NCBI GenBank assembly: GCA_025358305.1
Contig: JANYJZ010000030.1
Span: 96,382 to 160,381, forward strand
DNA: 64,000 nt
From: Ignavibacteriota bacterium
GTDB lineage: Bacteria > Bacteroidota > Ignavibacteria > UBA10030 > SZUA-254
Reading direction: 5' to 3'
Shown here: one piece after another, positions 50,878 to 59,218 of the stretch
Layout: each line of letters opens with the position of its first letter
Position numbering within the stretch: the stretch's first letter is position 1
Translations under genes and position numbers: made by a program
The notes under the pieces: model-generated
What the model was told of the DNA's origin: nothing
Seen by the model: only the letters and a program-made list of their open reading frames with translations
Databases searched by the model: none

Positions 50878-51693
50878 TCAGTGGGAGCGTCTGCCGGCCA
50901 TGTCCATCACGATCGGGGAAACGAACACTGTCTCCGGATTGTCCCGGTGTGCGAGCCAATCCTGGAGCATCGCGTCTCCCTCTTCGGCCGTCAGGACCTT
51001 CTTCTCGACCATGTGGTGGATGTGCACCGTGAAGAACCGGTGCGCCCATTCGAAGACGCCGCTCTTGGTGCCGCCTGCGAGACAGTGCGGAGAATAGTCG
51101 AAGAGCTCGATACCGTGCGCGCGAAAGATCGTCGGGACGCGCGCACCGACGTACGGATCGCCTCCGCCGGAACGCCAGTAGGCGCGCACTGCGTCGGCCA
51201 TCCGGTCGAACGGGCCTCCGCGCGGAAAGAGCGAGAGGCCTTCGTAGACGTAGTCCTGAAGAGCGATCACTCCGCCGGGTTTGAGCGCCCTAAAGAGTGG
51301 TTCAAGGAACTTCTCGGGGGATGGCACGAACCCGATCACCCACCGGGAAAAGATGAGATCGTATGTCTTCTCCGGCAGCTGCGCCGACTCGGACGTGCCG
51401 GGGAGCGTGTGAATGTTCTTCCAATCCCGGCGCTGTGCTTCCCCTTTGAGCCAGGAAAGGTAGAACTCGGAGGGCTCGAGAACGGTCACTTCCCCCTGTT
51501 CGCCGACTCGGTCGCGGAGGTCCATCGCGACGAACCCCGGTCCGCCGCCGACATCGAGGCATTTCCATCCGGGCTTCACGCCCATCCGGTCGAAGAGGCC
51601 CTCGGTGACGTGCTTCCAGACGCCGTGCTGGAACCGGAGGCGTTCCAGCTCGCGCTGGTTGACGCCGAGAAGATAGTCGGGAAGCTGGGCCAT
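50878..51693 (-). CDS. Class I SAM-dependent methyltransferase
   Basis: Motif I is CLDVGGGPGF, followed by an acidic residue after beta-2 and motif II PGGVIAL. Confidence 0.7.
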   Translation of the reverse strand: MAQLPDYLLGVNQRELERLRFQHGVWKHVTEGLFDRMGVKPGWKCLDVGGGPGFVAMDLRDRVGEQGEVTVLEPSEFYLSWLKGEAQRRDWKNIHTLPGTSESAQLPEKTYDLIFSRWVIGFVPSPEKFLEPLFRALKPGGVIALQDYVYEGLSLFPRGGPFDRMADAVRAYWRSGGGDPYVGARVPTIFRAHGIELFDYSPHCLAGGTKSGVFEWAHRFFTVHIHHMVEKKVLTAEEGDAMLQDWLAHRDNPETVFVSPIVMDMAGRRSH

Positions 51694-51698
51694 GGCCG

Positions 51699-53405
51699 CT
51701 ACCGTGCCTTTCGTTTAAGGATGAGGAGCGTCATGTCGTCGAATTGGGGGTGTTTCCCGACGAACTTCCGTACGGTCGAAAGGATCTTTTCCATAAGTTC
51801 GCGCGCGGAGAATTCCCGGTATTTCAGGATGGTCTCCGCGATCCGCTCTTCGCCGAAGAACTCCTCCTTCTTGTTCATCGCATCCGCGACGCCGTCGGAA
51901 TAGATGACGAGCAGGTCCCCCGGCCGGAACGCGATCTCCGACTCTTCGAACGAGAACTCCTCGATCGCCCCGAGGACGATCCCTCCCGTCGACAGACGCT
52001 GCACAGGGTTCTTTTCCGAGTGAAAATACGGGTTATCGTGGCCCGCGTTGGAGAAGACGAGGCGGTGCGTCCGCGTATCGAGAATGGCGTAGAAGAGCGT
52101 CACGAACTTGTCGATGCTCGTGCTCCTGTGAAGGAGCTTGTTGGAGCGCGAGAGGCACTCCTTCACGCTCACGCCGGGATACGTCTGGCCGCGGAGCGTC
52201 GCCTGGAGGTTTGCCATGAGGAGTGACGCCGGAAGACCCTTGCCGGAGACGTCGCCGAGGCAGACCGCCCACTGATGTTCGTCGACCGGGATGTAGTCGA
52301 AGTAATCTCCGCCGACCACCTGCGCCGGGATGGACGTTCCCGCGACGTCATAGCCGGCGATCTCCGGATGGACCTTCGGGAGGAGATCCGCCTGGATGCG
52401 CGCGGCGAGCCGCACCTCTTCGCGCATTCGGTGGTATGCCTTCTCTGATTCGTAGAGCCGAGCGTTCTCGATGGCGATCGAGGCATGTATCGAGAGGGCA
52501 TTGATGAAGTGTTCGTCGTCTCGGGTGAAGTCGCCCTTTTGCTTGTTGAGGAGCTGCAGGACGCCGATGATCTTGTCATCCTTGTTCTTCATCGGCATGC
52601 AGAGGATCGTCCGCGTGTGGTACCCGGTCTTCTTGTCGAACTCCGGGTTGAATCGCGAGTCAAGATACGCGTCGGAGATGTTGAGCGTGTCGCCCGACGC
52701 CCCGACGTATCCTGCGATACCCTTCCCGAGCGGGAGGCGGATCGTCACGAGTTCCGATCCCCGCAAAACCTTCGACCAAAGCTCCTTCTTCTTTTCGTCG
52801 AGGAGGTAGAGCGTCCCTCGGTCGCCTTCGACGATCTTGAGTGCCGTGTCGAGGATGAGGGAAAGGAGCTTGTCGAGGTCAAGAGTGGAGTTCACGACCT
52901 TCGCCGCCTCGTTCAGCTGCTCCATATGGCGAAGCTCGACGATGGCCTTGCGCGACGAGCGTTCGAGCTCGTTGATGAAATAGGTATTGCTCGACCGGAG
53001 GCGGAGGCTCATCATCTGCATGAGCCGGATGGTGAACGGATGGCTAGCCTGGAGGAGGGCGTCAAAATCGTCCTTGTGGAGCGTAAAGACGACGCAGTCT
53101 TCCATCGCGACGACGCGCGCCGAGCGGGGACGCCCGTCGACCATCTCGAGCTCGCCGAAGAAATCCCCTTCGTGGAGAAGGGCGAGCATGTTCTCTTCGC
53201 CCGACCTCGTCCTCTTGACGATCTTGACGCGGCCGGCAGTGATGAGGTACAGCTCCATTCCCTCGCTCTCGTCCTCCAGAATGACGTCGTTCTCATGGAA
53301 CTTGCGTTCCTTGAGCTTCGGCTTCAGGGTCTGGAAGGCGTCGTCGCTGAGGTCCTCAAAGAGGATGTTCAGCCGGAGCCTGTCGAGGGAGGAAATGGGT
53401 TTCAT
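51699..53405 (-). CDS. Cyclic-nucleotide-binding domain + GAF + PP2C/SpoIIE-type protein phosphatase
   Basis: The N-terminal CAP-like cNMP domain reads FGELEMVDGRPRSARVVA. A GAF domain follows. The C-terminal PPM/SpoIIE motifs are GDYFD, GDVSGKG, FSNAGH and VIYSDG. Confidence 0.8.
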   Translation of the reverse strand: MKPISSLDRLRLNILFEDLSDDAFQTLKPKLKERKFHENDVILEDESEGMELYLITAGRVKIVKRTRSGEENMLALLHEGDFFGELEMVDGRPRSARVVAMEDCVVFTLHKDDFDALLQASHPFTIRLMQMMSLRLRSSNTYFINELERSSRKAIVELRHMEQLNEAAKVVNSTLDLDKLLSLILDTALKIVEGDRGTLYLLDEKKKELWSKVLRGSELVTIRLPLGKGIAGYVGASGDTLNISDAYLDSRFNPEFDKKTGYHTRTILCMPMKNKDDKIIGVLQLLNKQKGDFTRDDEHFINALSIHASIAIENARLYESEKAYHRMREEVRLAARIQADLLPKVHPEIAGYDVAGTSIPAQVVGGDYFDYIPVDEHQWAVCLGDVSGKGLPASLLMANLQATLRGQTYPGVSVKECLSRSNKLLHRSTSIDKFVTLFYAILDTRTHRLVFSNAGHDNPYFHSEKNPVQRLSTGGIVLGAIEEFSFEESEIAFRPGDLLVIYSDGVADAMNKKEEFFGEERIAETILKYREFSARELMEKILSTVRKFVGKHPQFDDMTLLILKRKAR

Positions 53406-53428
53406 GGCAGGCCTTCGCCCTCACTGCG

Positions 53429-54187
53429 TCAGCCGAAGTTCCTGCCCGTGACGACCTGGTACCCCGTGACAGCCATGTCGTCGCTCGTCGTGGAATGCGC
53501 TTTTGTCTCTTTTTCGAGCTGCATCTTCCACTGATATACTCCTGAAAACGTGTGGGCAACCTTTTCGGTGAGCGATTTGAATGAGCCGCTCGCCTCATAC
53601 TTCTCGGCGTCGTGCAGGCTGTTCCAGATCGTGAGGGAGATGGGGTGATCTGGGTCGTTCGCGTTCTCGGTGAGGGCGGCGTAGAGGCAGCCTTCCGCAG
53701 CGCGCAGGACCGGGATGACCTCCTCGTTGAAAACGCGCTTGAACTCATCGATCTTACCGGGGCGTATCTGGGGAGAGACGATGCGGACGAAGAGCGGCCC
53801 GACGCGGCGCTTCGGCATGATGGCCGAGACCCTTTTTTCGGCGATGCTGTACGCTTGGACGACGGGTTCCACCGGAACCGGTTCGTACTCCAGGACGTTG
53901 TCCTTCGAGAGATGAAGGCGCCACTCGGAGGTGCCGGCAAGGTAGGGCTCGGCGCCCTTGAGGAGCTCGGCGAAGACGCCGCTCTTCTCATAGGCCTCCG
54001 CGTGCTGCGGCGTCTCCCAGAGTGTGAGAGAGATGTACTCATTGTCGTCGCGTACGCTCTTCGTCAGGCCGACGTAGAGGCATCCGGGCGTCTCTTGCAG
54101 CCTCGGAATGACGTTGCGCTCGTAGTTCTCCTGAAGCTCGGCAACCCTTCCAGGGTTGGCCGTCACTTGGAGCATTCGCATATGCAT
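53429..54187 (-). CDS. Tandem ABM (antibiotic biosynthesis monooxygenase-like) domain protein
   Basis: Two repeats of about 100 aa with the ABM pattern (...PGRVAELQENYERNVIPRLQETPGCLYVGL...LTLWETPQHAEAYEKSGVFAEL, and ...PGKIDEFKRVFNEEVIPVLRAAEGCLYAAL...LTIWNSLHDAEKYEASGSFKSL). A 35-aa C-terminal tail follows. Confidence 0.6.
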   Translation of the reverse strand: MHMRMLQVTANPGRVAELQENYERNVIPRLQETPGCLYVGLTKSVRDDNEYISLTLWETPQHAEAYEKSGVFAELLKGAEPYLAGTSEWRLHLSKDNVLEYEPVPVEPVVQAYSIAEKRVSAIMPKRRVGPLFVRIVSPQIRPGKIDEFKRVFNEEVIPVLRAAEGCLYAALTENANDPDHPISLTIWNSLHDAEKYEASGSFKSLTEKVAHTFSGVYQWKMQLEKETKAHSTTSDDMAVTGYQVVTGRNFG

Positions 54188-54302
54188 GGCCGTATCTCCT
54201 TATGAAAGACAGAGCCGAACAGAGCCGTCGTTCCGAGGCTCTGCGGCAGGATACTCTTCTCTGAACACTGTTTTCCGTTTCTCCGACCGCACGCGGGAAC
54301 GC

Positions 54303-55589
54303 TTACGCGTCCGGTTTACGCTTCACCACGATAATGGTCATGTCGTCCGACTGCGGCGTGCGCCCGGCGAACGACTTCGCGGCACTGATGATCGTATCGA
54401 TGAGGTCGATCGGCGACAGATGGTGGTTCTTCACGAGAACCTCCGTGAGCCTCTCCTCCCCGTACAGCTCCTTCTCCGCGTTCATCGCCTCGGGAATGCC
54501 GTCGCTGTAGACGACGACGGTGTCTCCCGGCAGAAGCTGGACCGCGGCCTCTTCGAACGGGAAGTGCTCCATGATCGAAACGACGATGCCTCCGGTCGGC
54601 AGGCGGACCGGCGCCTTGCCTTCGGAGAGAAGGAACGGATGGTCGTGGCCTGCGTTGCAGTACACGAGCTCGTGCTTCTTCGGGTCAAGGATGCTGTAGA
54701 ACAGCGTGACAAACTTCTCCGGACTCGTGCTCTCGAAGAGGAGCTTGTTCGACCGCACGATGACGTCCCGGGCCGTCGCGTTCACGAGCGTCTGGCCCCG
54801 GAGCGTCGCCTGGAGATTCGCCATGAGGAGGGATGCCGGAAGGCCCTTGCCGGAGACGTCGCCGAGGCTCAGGGCGATGCGGTCCCCGTCCATCGGGATG
54901 AAATCGAAGTAGTCGCCGCCCACCATCTGCGCCGGGATGCTTCTCCCGGCGATCTCGTAACCGGCGATGTCGGGAAACTTCTTCGGGAGGAGCTCCAGCT
55001 GGATGTTGGAGGCGAGGCGGACCTCCTCCTGCATGCTGATGAGCGATTTTTCGGACTCGTAGAGACGGGCGTTCTCGAGGATCTGACCCGATTGCGCGGC
55101 GATGATGGAGAGCAGGCGCTTGTCGTCCTCGCTGAATCCCGCGCCGTCCTTTTTGTTGAACACGGCGAGGATGCCGATGAGCCTGTTCTTCACGAGGAGC
55201 GGGACGCAGAGAAGCGACCGAATGTCGCCGTCGCCTTTGACGCCCGTGAATCGCGGGTCGTTCGAGAGGTCGTTCGTCAGGAGCGCCTTCTTATTGATCA
55301 TCATCCAGCCGAGGATATTCTGGTTGATGTGGAACTGCTGGTGGTTCGTCGTCGAGTTTTGGGCGCGCACAAGGGTCTTCATCTCCGTCGGCGCCTCCTC
55401 GTCGACGAGCGTGATCATGCCCTGCTGGCCCTGCGCGGTGCGCACGGACCGCTTCACGACATGATCGATGACCGTATCGAGGTTCATCGTCGAGCTGATG
55501 ACGCGGGCGAGCTCGTTCAGGATCGAGAGTTCGTCGACGGCCTTCCGAAGCCGGACGTTCTCCTCCTGGAGTTGTACTAATGGGTCCAT
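54303..55589 (-). CDS. GAF + PP2C/SpoIIE-type protein phosphatase (paralogue of 51699-53405, without the cNMP domain)
   Basis: GAF domain followed by GDYFD, GDVSGKG, CNAGH and VVYSDG. It is about 55% identical by eye to the C-terminal two-thirds of the upstream paralogue. Confidence 0.8.
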   Translation of the reverse strand: MDPLVQLQEENVRLRKAVDELSILNELARVISSTMNLDTVIDHVVKRSVRTAQGQQGMITLVDEEAPTEMKTLVRAQNSTTNHQQFHINQNILGWMMINKKALLTNDLSNDPRFTGVKGDGDIRSLLCVPLLVKNRLIGILAVFNKKDGAGFSEDDKRLLSIIAAQSGQILENARLYESEKSLISMQEEVRLASNIQLELLPKKFPDIAGYEIAGRSIPAQMVGGDYFDFIPMDGDRIALSLGDVSGKGLPASLLMANLQATLRGQTLVNATARDVIVRSNKLLFESTSPEKFVTLFYSILDPKKHELVYCNAGHDHPFLLSEGKAPVRLPTGGIVVSIMEHFPFEEAAVQLLPGDTVVVYSDGIPEAMNAEKELYGEERLTEVLVKNHHLSPIDLIDTIISAAKSFAGRTPQSDDMTIIVVKRKPDA

Positions 55590-55693
55590 AGTATGAGCTT
55601 TCGATCGAGAAAGGTGACTGCGAGAACGGAAAATGGATGAAATAATGTAGAAAATACCGACTCAAAACACAACACCGGGTGCTCCTGCACTCC

Positions 55694-56824
55694 TCAGGAT
55701 GCCCTGTTCGCGGCCAGGCGACGGTAGACATCCTCCACTACATCCACCATGACACCGGTCGTGAAGCGCCGGAGGAGGAGTTCGCGGCTCCGCGCCCCCA
55801 TCGCGGCGATGCGCCCGCGGTCAGAGAAGAGCTCGCCGAGGGCCCGGGCGAGCGCTTGTGGATCCCGGTCCGCCACGGCAAAGCCGTTGACGCCCTCGGT
55901 CACCATCTCCGCGACGTCCCCGACCTTGGTCACGACGACCGGCAGCTCCTGGGAGAGCGCCTGCAGCACGGCGAACGGAAATGTCTCTCCGCCCCCTTCG
56001 ACGGACGAGTGGCAGTAGATGTCGAACGCGGAATAGACAGCCGTGAGATCGTCCCGGAAGCCCGCGAAGGAAACGAGCGGCCCGACCCCAAGTTCCTGCG
56101 AAAGACGGCCAAGCATCTCTCTGAGCTCTCCGTCGCCGATGAGGAGGAGGCGCGCGGAACTCTCGCGCTTCGAGACGTGCGCGAAGGCCCTCAGGAGGTA
56201 CTCCTGTCCCTTGAACGGCACGAGCCTGCCGACATTGCCGACGACGACATCGCCTGGAGCGTAGCCGAATTCCGCCCGGACAGCTTCCCGGAGACGGGGA
56301 TCGCGCTTCATCGCTTCGGGGTCGACGCCGAGGTGGACGACCGAGATCTTCGACGGCGCGATCCTGTCCTCCCGCACGAGAAGGTCCTTCACGCAGACGC
56401 CGTCGACGAGGAAGTGCTCCGTCGCCCAGCGGTTGCGAAACATATGGGTAAGGTTGTGGCTGATCGAATGGAAGCTATGAACGTTCGTCACGTGCTTCGC
56501 GCGTTCCAAGAGGGCGGCGAAGGCGCCGGCAGTGCGGTCGTAGTTCGTGTTCGTGTGGACGATCGCGATGCGGTGCTCACGAACGAGCGAGCGGAGGATG
56601 CCGACGTACTTCGCGAGCTCTCCGTTCGGGGGGAAGTTCACGCCGATCGTCGGGACGCCGGCTGCGGCGCACTTCTTCGTCAGGAGGTTCCCCGGCGGAC
56701 AGGCAACCCAGACCTGGTGTCCTCGCTGCATCAGGGAGGCCGAGAGCTCCAGGACGTAGAATTCCCCGCCCGCATAGAGGGAGGAGGAATTCGTCAGAAG
56801 GATGTTGAACGGCGCGCTCGGCAT
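55694..56824 (-). CDS. Glycosyltransferase family 4 (GT-B, group 1)
   Basis: The N-terminal Glyco_trans_4 region and the C-terminal Glycos_transf_1 region carry the EX7E-like motifs (SSVEGGGETFPFAVLQALSQELPVVVTKVGD). Confidence 0.75.
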   Translation of the reverse strand: MPSAPFNILLTNSSSLYAGGEFYVLELSASLMQRGHQVWVACPPGNLLTKKCAAAGVPTIGVNFPPNGELAKYVGILRSLVREHRIAIVHTNTNYDRTAGAFAALLERAKHVTNVHSFHSISHNLTHMFRNRWATEHFLVDGVCVKDLLVREDRIAPSKISVVHLGVDPEAMKRDPRLREAVRAEFGYAPGDVVVGNVGRLVPFKGQEYLLRAFAHVSKRESSARLLLIGDGELREMLGRLSQELGVGPLVSFAGFRDDLTAVYSAFDIYCHSSVEGGGETFPFAVLQALSQELPVVVTKVGDVAEMVTEGVNGFAVADRDPQALARALGELFSDRGRIAAMGARSRELLLRRFTTGVMVDVVEDVYRRLAANRAS

Positions 56825-56914
56825 GGGGCGTAATGTAAGAAATCAACCGGTGAAAGAAAAAGGCGCCCTTCCACGCTGCCGGGGAAGGGCGCCTGAAGCT
56901 GCTTCGCGAACCCG

Positions 56915-57322
56915 TTACTGCTGCTTGCCGTACACCAGAGCGGCGATGACGCCGAGGATGATGTACTGGATGAGTCCGTAACAAAACCACTGGATGGCTA
57001 GCGCATACGGGATCGGATAGACCGCGTAGGAATCATATGCCATCGGGATGGCGACCATCATGCCCACATAAAAGCCGTACCGCAGTCCTTCGCCGATCCC
57101 TTTCCCCAGATACCCCTTGGAGAAGATGAGGGTGAAGAAGTAGGAGAACACGAGCGCGGTGACGAAGTGCACCCACACCATCGCATCGGCTGCCGGGCGC
57201 ATGATCTTCGCCACGGCGTCCGTCTGGTAGATCGCTCCGAGGAGACCGACGTGGATCACAAAGTTGAGAATGTTCATCGCGATATACACCGCGAGAAACG
57301 TCATCAGAAATTTCTTATTCAT
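56915..57322 (-). CDS. Hypothetical small integral membrane protein (4 predicted transmembrane helices)
   Basis: 135 aa with four hydrophobic segments. No family recognised. Confidence 0.45.
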   Translation of the reverse strand: MNKKFLMTFLAVYIAMNILNFVIHVGLLGAIYQTDAVAKIMRPAADAMVWVHFVTALVFSYFFTLIFSKGYLGKGIGEGLRYGFYVGMMVAIPMAYDSYAVYPIPYALAIQWFCYGLIQYIILGVIAALVYGKQQ

Positions 57323-57399
57323 ACCTACACCTCCTGTAGTATGTGAGAAAGTGACCTGCCGCCGGTTCGATTGTACAAAAGAATAGGCCGAATGTCAAG

Positions 57400-58185
57400 C
57401 TAGTCCCGCTCGTACTGCGCCGGCTTCCGGTCCCGGAAGAGGTCGTTCCACTCGTTGATCGATTTTCGGCGTGAAAGCATGAGATCGACCTCCCGGACGG
57501 CGATCCCCGGTTCCCGCTCGCCGAGCCGGCAGAGGATCTCGCCGCGAGGGGTAACGATCTCGCTCTTCCCGATGAACGAGAGCGAAAGCCCTCCCCGGTC
57601 CTCGGTGCCGATGCGGTTCGCTGTCGCGCTGAAGACGCGGTTCTCCAGGCAGCGCGTCACCATGGCGTCGGGGCAGTGGGGCATGACGAGGTTCGACGGA
57701 TGGGCAATGAGGTCGGCGCCCCGCAGGGCAAGGGAGCGCGCGCTTTCCGGGAAAAGCCAGTCGAAACAGACCATCATGCCGACATTCCCGAACGGGAGAG
57801 GAAAGACCGGAAAGCCGAGGTCTCCGGGAGCGAAGAGCGTGGTTTCCTTATGATAGAGATGCACCTTCCGATAGAGGCCTACGAGGCCCTGCGGCCCGAC
57901 AAGGGCCGCGGCATTGAACGGCACGTCCGCCTTCTCGGCGAACCCGTAGACCACGAAGCAGTTCCGCTTCTTCGCAAAGCCGGAGAGGGCCTGGAACGTC
58001 GGTCCGGTCGGCGGCTCGGCGAGGAGCGCGGCCTCCTTCGGGTCGGTAAAATTGTACCCGGTGTTGAAGAGTTCCGGCAGGACGAAGAGATCGGCGATGG
58101 TTCCCTCCATGAGCGAGAGTGCCTCACGGACGTTCGCGGCGGGTTCACCAAAGGCTGGATCGGTCTGTACGATGGCAAGATGCAT
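57400..58185 (-). CDS. Carbon-nitrogen hydrolase (nitrilase superfamily)
   Basis: Catalytic Glu (VLPELF), Lys (YRKVHL) and Cys (MMVCFDWLFPE) lie in the canonical order. 261 aa. Confidence 0.8.
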   Translation of the reverse strand: MHLAIVQTDPAFGEPAANVREALSLMEGTIADLFVLPELFNTGYNFTDPKEAALLAEPPTGPTFQALSGFAKKRNCFVVYGFAEKADVPFNAAALVGPQGLVGLYRKVHLYHKETTLFAPGDLGFPVFPLPFGNVGMMVCFDWLFPESARSLALRGADLIAHPSNLVMPHCPDAMVTRCLENRVFSATANRIGTEDRGGLSLSFIGKSEIVTPRGEILCRLGEREPGIAVREVDLMLSRRKSINEWNDLFRDRKPAQYERD

Positions 58186-58245
58186 GGCGTTATCTCGTCA
58201 AATGGGGCATGATGGATGAGATGGAAATGCGTCTGAAGAAACCTC

Positions 58246-58274
58246 TTGCTATTCGCGGGGAATAGTTGTATGTT
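58246..58274 (+). promoter_or_regulatory. Sigma-70-like promoter for the cold-shock gene, with a long 5' leader
   Basis: TTGCTA, a 17-nt spacer, then TATGTT. The implied leader is about 205 nt, consistent with the long csp 5' UTRs seen in other bacteria. Confidence 0.35.
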
Positions 58275-58368
58275 AGTACTGCAATCAACAGTACACCGTT
58301 GTTTCGCTTTTAAGATCTTGCTGATGTACCGTTCGCACTCCGTGTGGATTTGAGTGTCACCAGCTGTC

Positions 58369-58420
58369 GAAATCGCAATTCATGGTCGCTTTGAAAGCCA
58401 TGGTTGCGATTTGTCGTTTT
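58369..58420 (+). promoter_or_regulatory. Terminator-like hairpin followed by a T-rich tract inside the csp leader (candidate attenuator or thermosensor)
   Basis: gaaatcgcaattcatgg-[12 nt]-ccatggttgcgattt is a 15-16 bp imperfect stem, followed by gtcgTTTTaag and lying 66 nt upstream of the csp ATG. A Shine-Dalgarno sequence (AAAGGA) sits 7 nt before the ATG. Confidence 0.4.
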
Positions 58421-58485
58421 AAGAGCTTACCATCTGGGCGTACACTTCCCGCAAGGGATCATCAAATCAAAGAAAGGATTGTTCT

Positions 58486-58689
58486 ATGGAAAAAGGAACA
58501 GTCAAATGGTTCAACGGAGCAAAAGGCTTCGGTTTCATCTCACGCAATAGTGGCGAAGATGTGTTCGTTCACTATCGGTCCATCACCGGCGACGGCTACA
58601 AGAGCCTGAACGAAGGTGACACCGTTGAATTTGACGTCGAGACGGGTCCGAAAGGACTCCAGGCGGCAAACGTGACGAAGGCCTCCTAA
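58486..58689 (+). CDS. cspA: Cold-shock protein (CspA family)
   Basis: 67 aa. The RNP1 motif is KGFGFI and the RNP2-like motif is VFVHY. The N-terminus [18 protein letters not shown] is canonical. Confidence 0.95.
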   Translation: MEKGTVKWFNGAKGFGFISRNSGEDVFVHYRSITGDGYKSLNEGDTVEFDVETGPKGLQAANVTKAS

Positions 58690-58746
58690 GGGCCCTTCGC
58701 AAGATCGAACGGAGAGTCCCTCTCCGAACGAGCTTGAAACACCAAT

Positions 58747-58778
58747 CCCGCACAGAGCGATCTGTGCGGGATTTTTTT
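58747..58778 (+). terminator. Intrinsic terminator of csp
   Basis: cccgcacag-agcgat-ctgtgcggg followed by aTTTTTTTg. Confidence 0.8.
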
Positions 58779-58779
58779 G

Positions 58780-59202
58780 CTACACGCTGTACCTGTCGAC
58801 GACCTCCTGCGGGATCGGGGCGGACCTCCCGGTCGCGAGGTGCACCATCGCATATTCGAACTCGCCGTCGGCGGCGAGCTTCTCGGGGCTTTTCCGGAGA
58901 ATCTCGAACGCCACCGTCGCGGTCGAACCCTTGAGTTCGACCATCCGCGTCCGTACGATGACCACGTCCCCGAGCTTCAGCGGCCGCTTGTATTCCACGC
59001 GGCAGCGCTTCACCACCCACCCGAGGCCCATGGAGACGAACTTCTCCATCGACATCCCGTAGCAGCGCTCCATCTGGTCGTACCGCGCGGCAAGAACGTA
59101 ATCGAGGTACTTCGAGTTATGGACATGGTTGTTCATGTCGATGTCGTCGGGCCGGACGGTGAGCTCGGATTCGAACGTCGAGTAGCGATGCGGCTTCTTC
59201 AT
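58780..59202 (-). CDS. Acyl-CoA thioesterase, hotdog fold (4HBT/YbgC-like)
   Basis: 140 aa. The pattern ...VRPDDIDMNNHVHNSKYLDYVLAAR... matches the 4HBT active-site region. Confidence 0.7.
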   Translation of the reverse strand: MKKPHRYSTFESELTVRPDDIDMNNHVHNSKYLDYVLAARYDQMERCYGMSMEKFVSMGLGWVVKRCRVEYKRPLKLGDVVIVRTRMVELKGSTATVAFEILRKSPEKLAADGEFEYAMVHLATGRSAPIPQEVVDRYSV

Positions 59203-59218
59203 CGGGGCGCCCTTCGCC

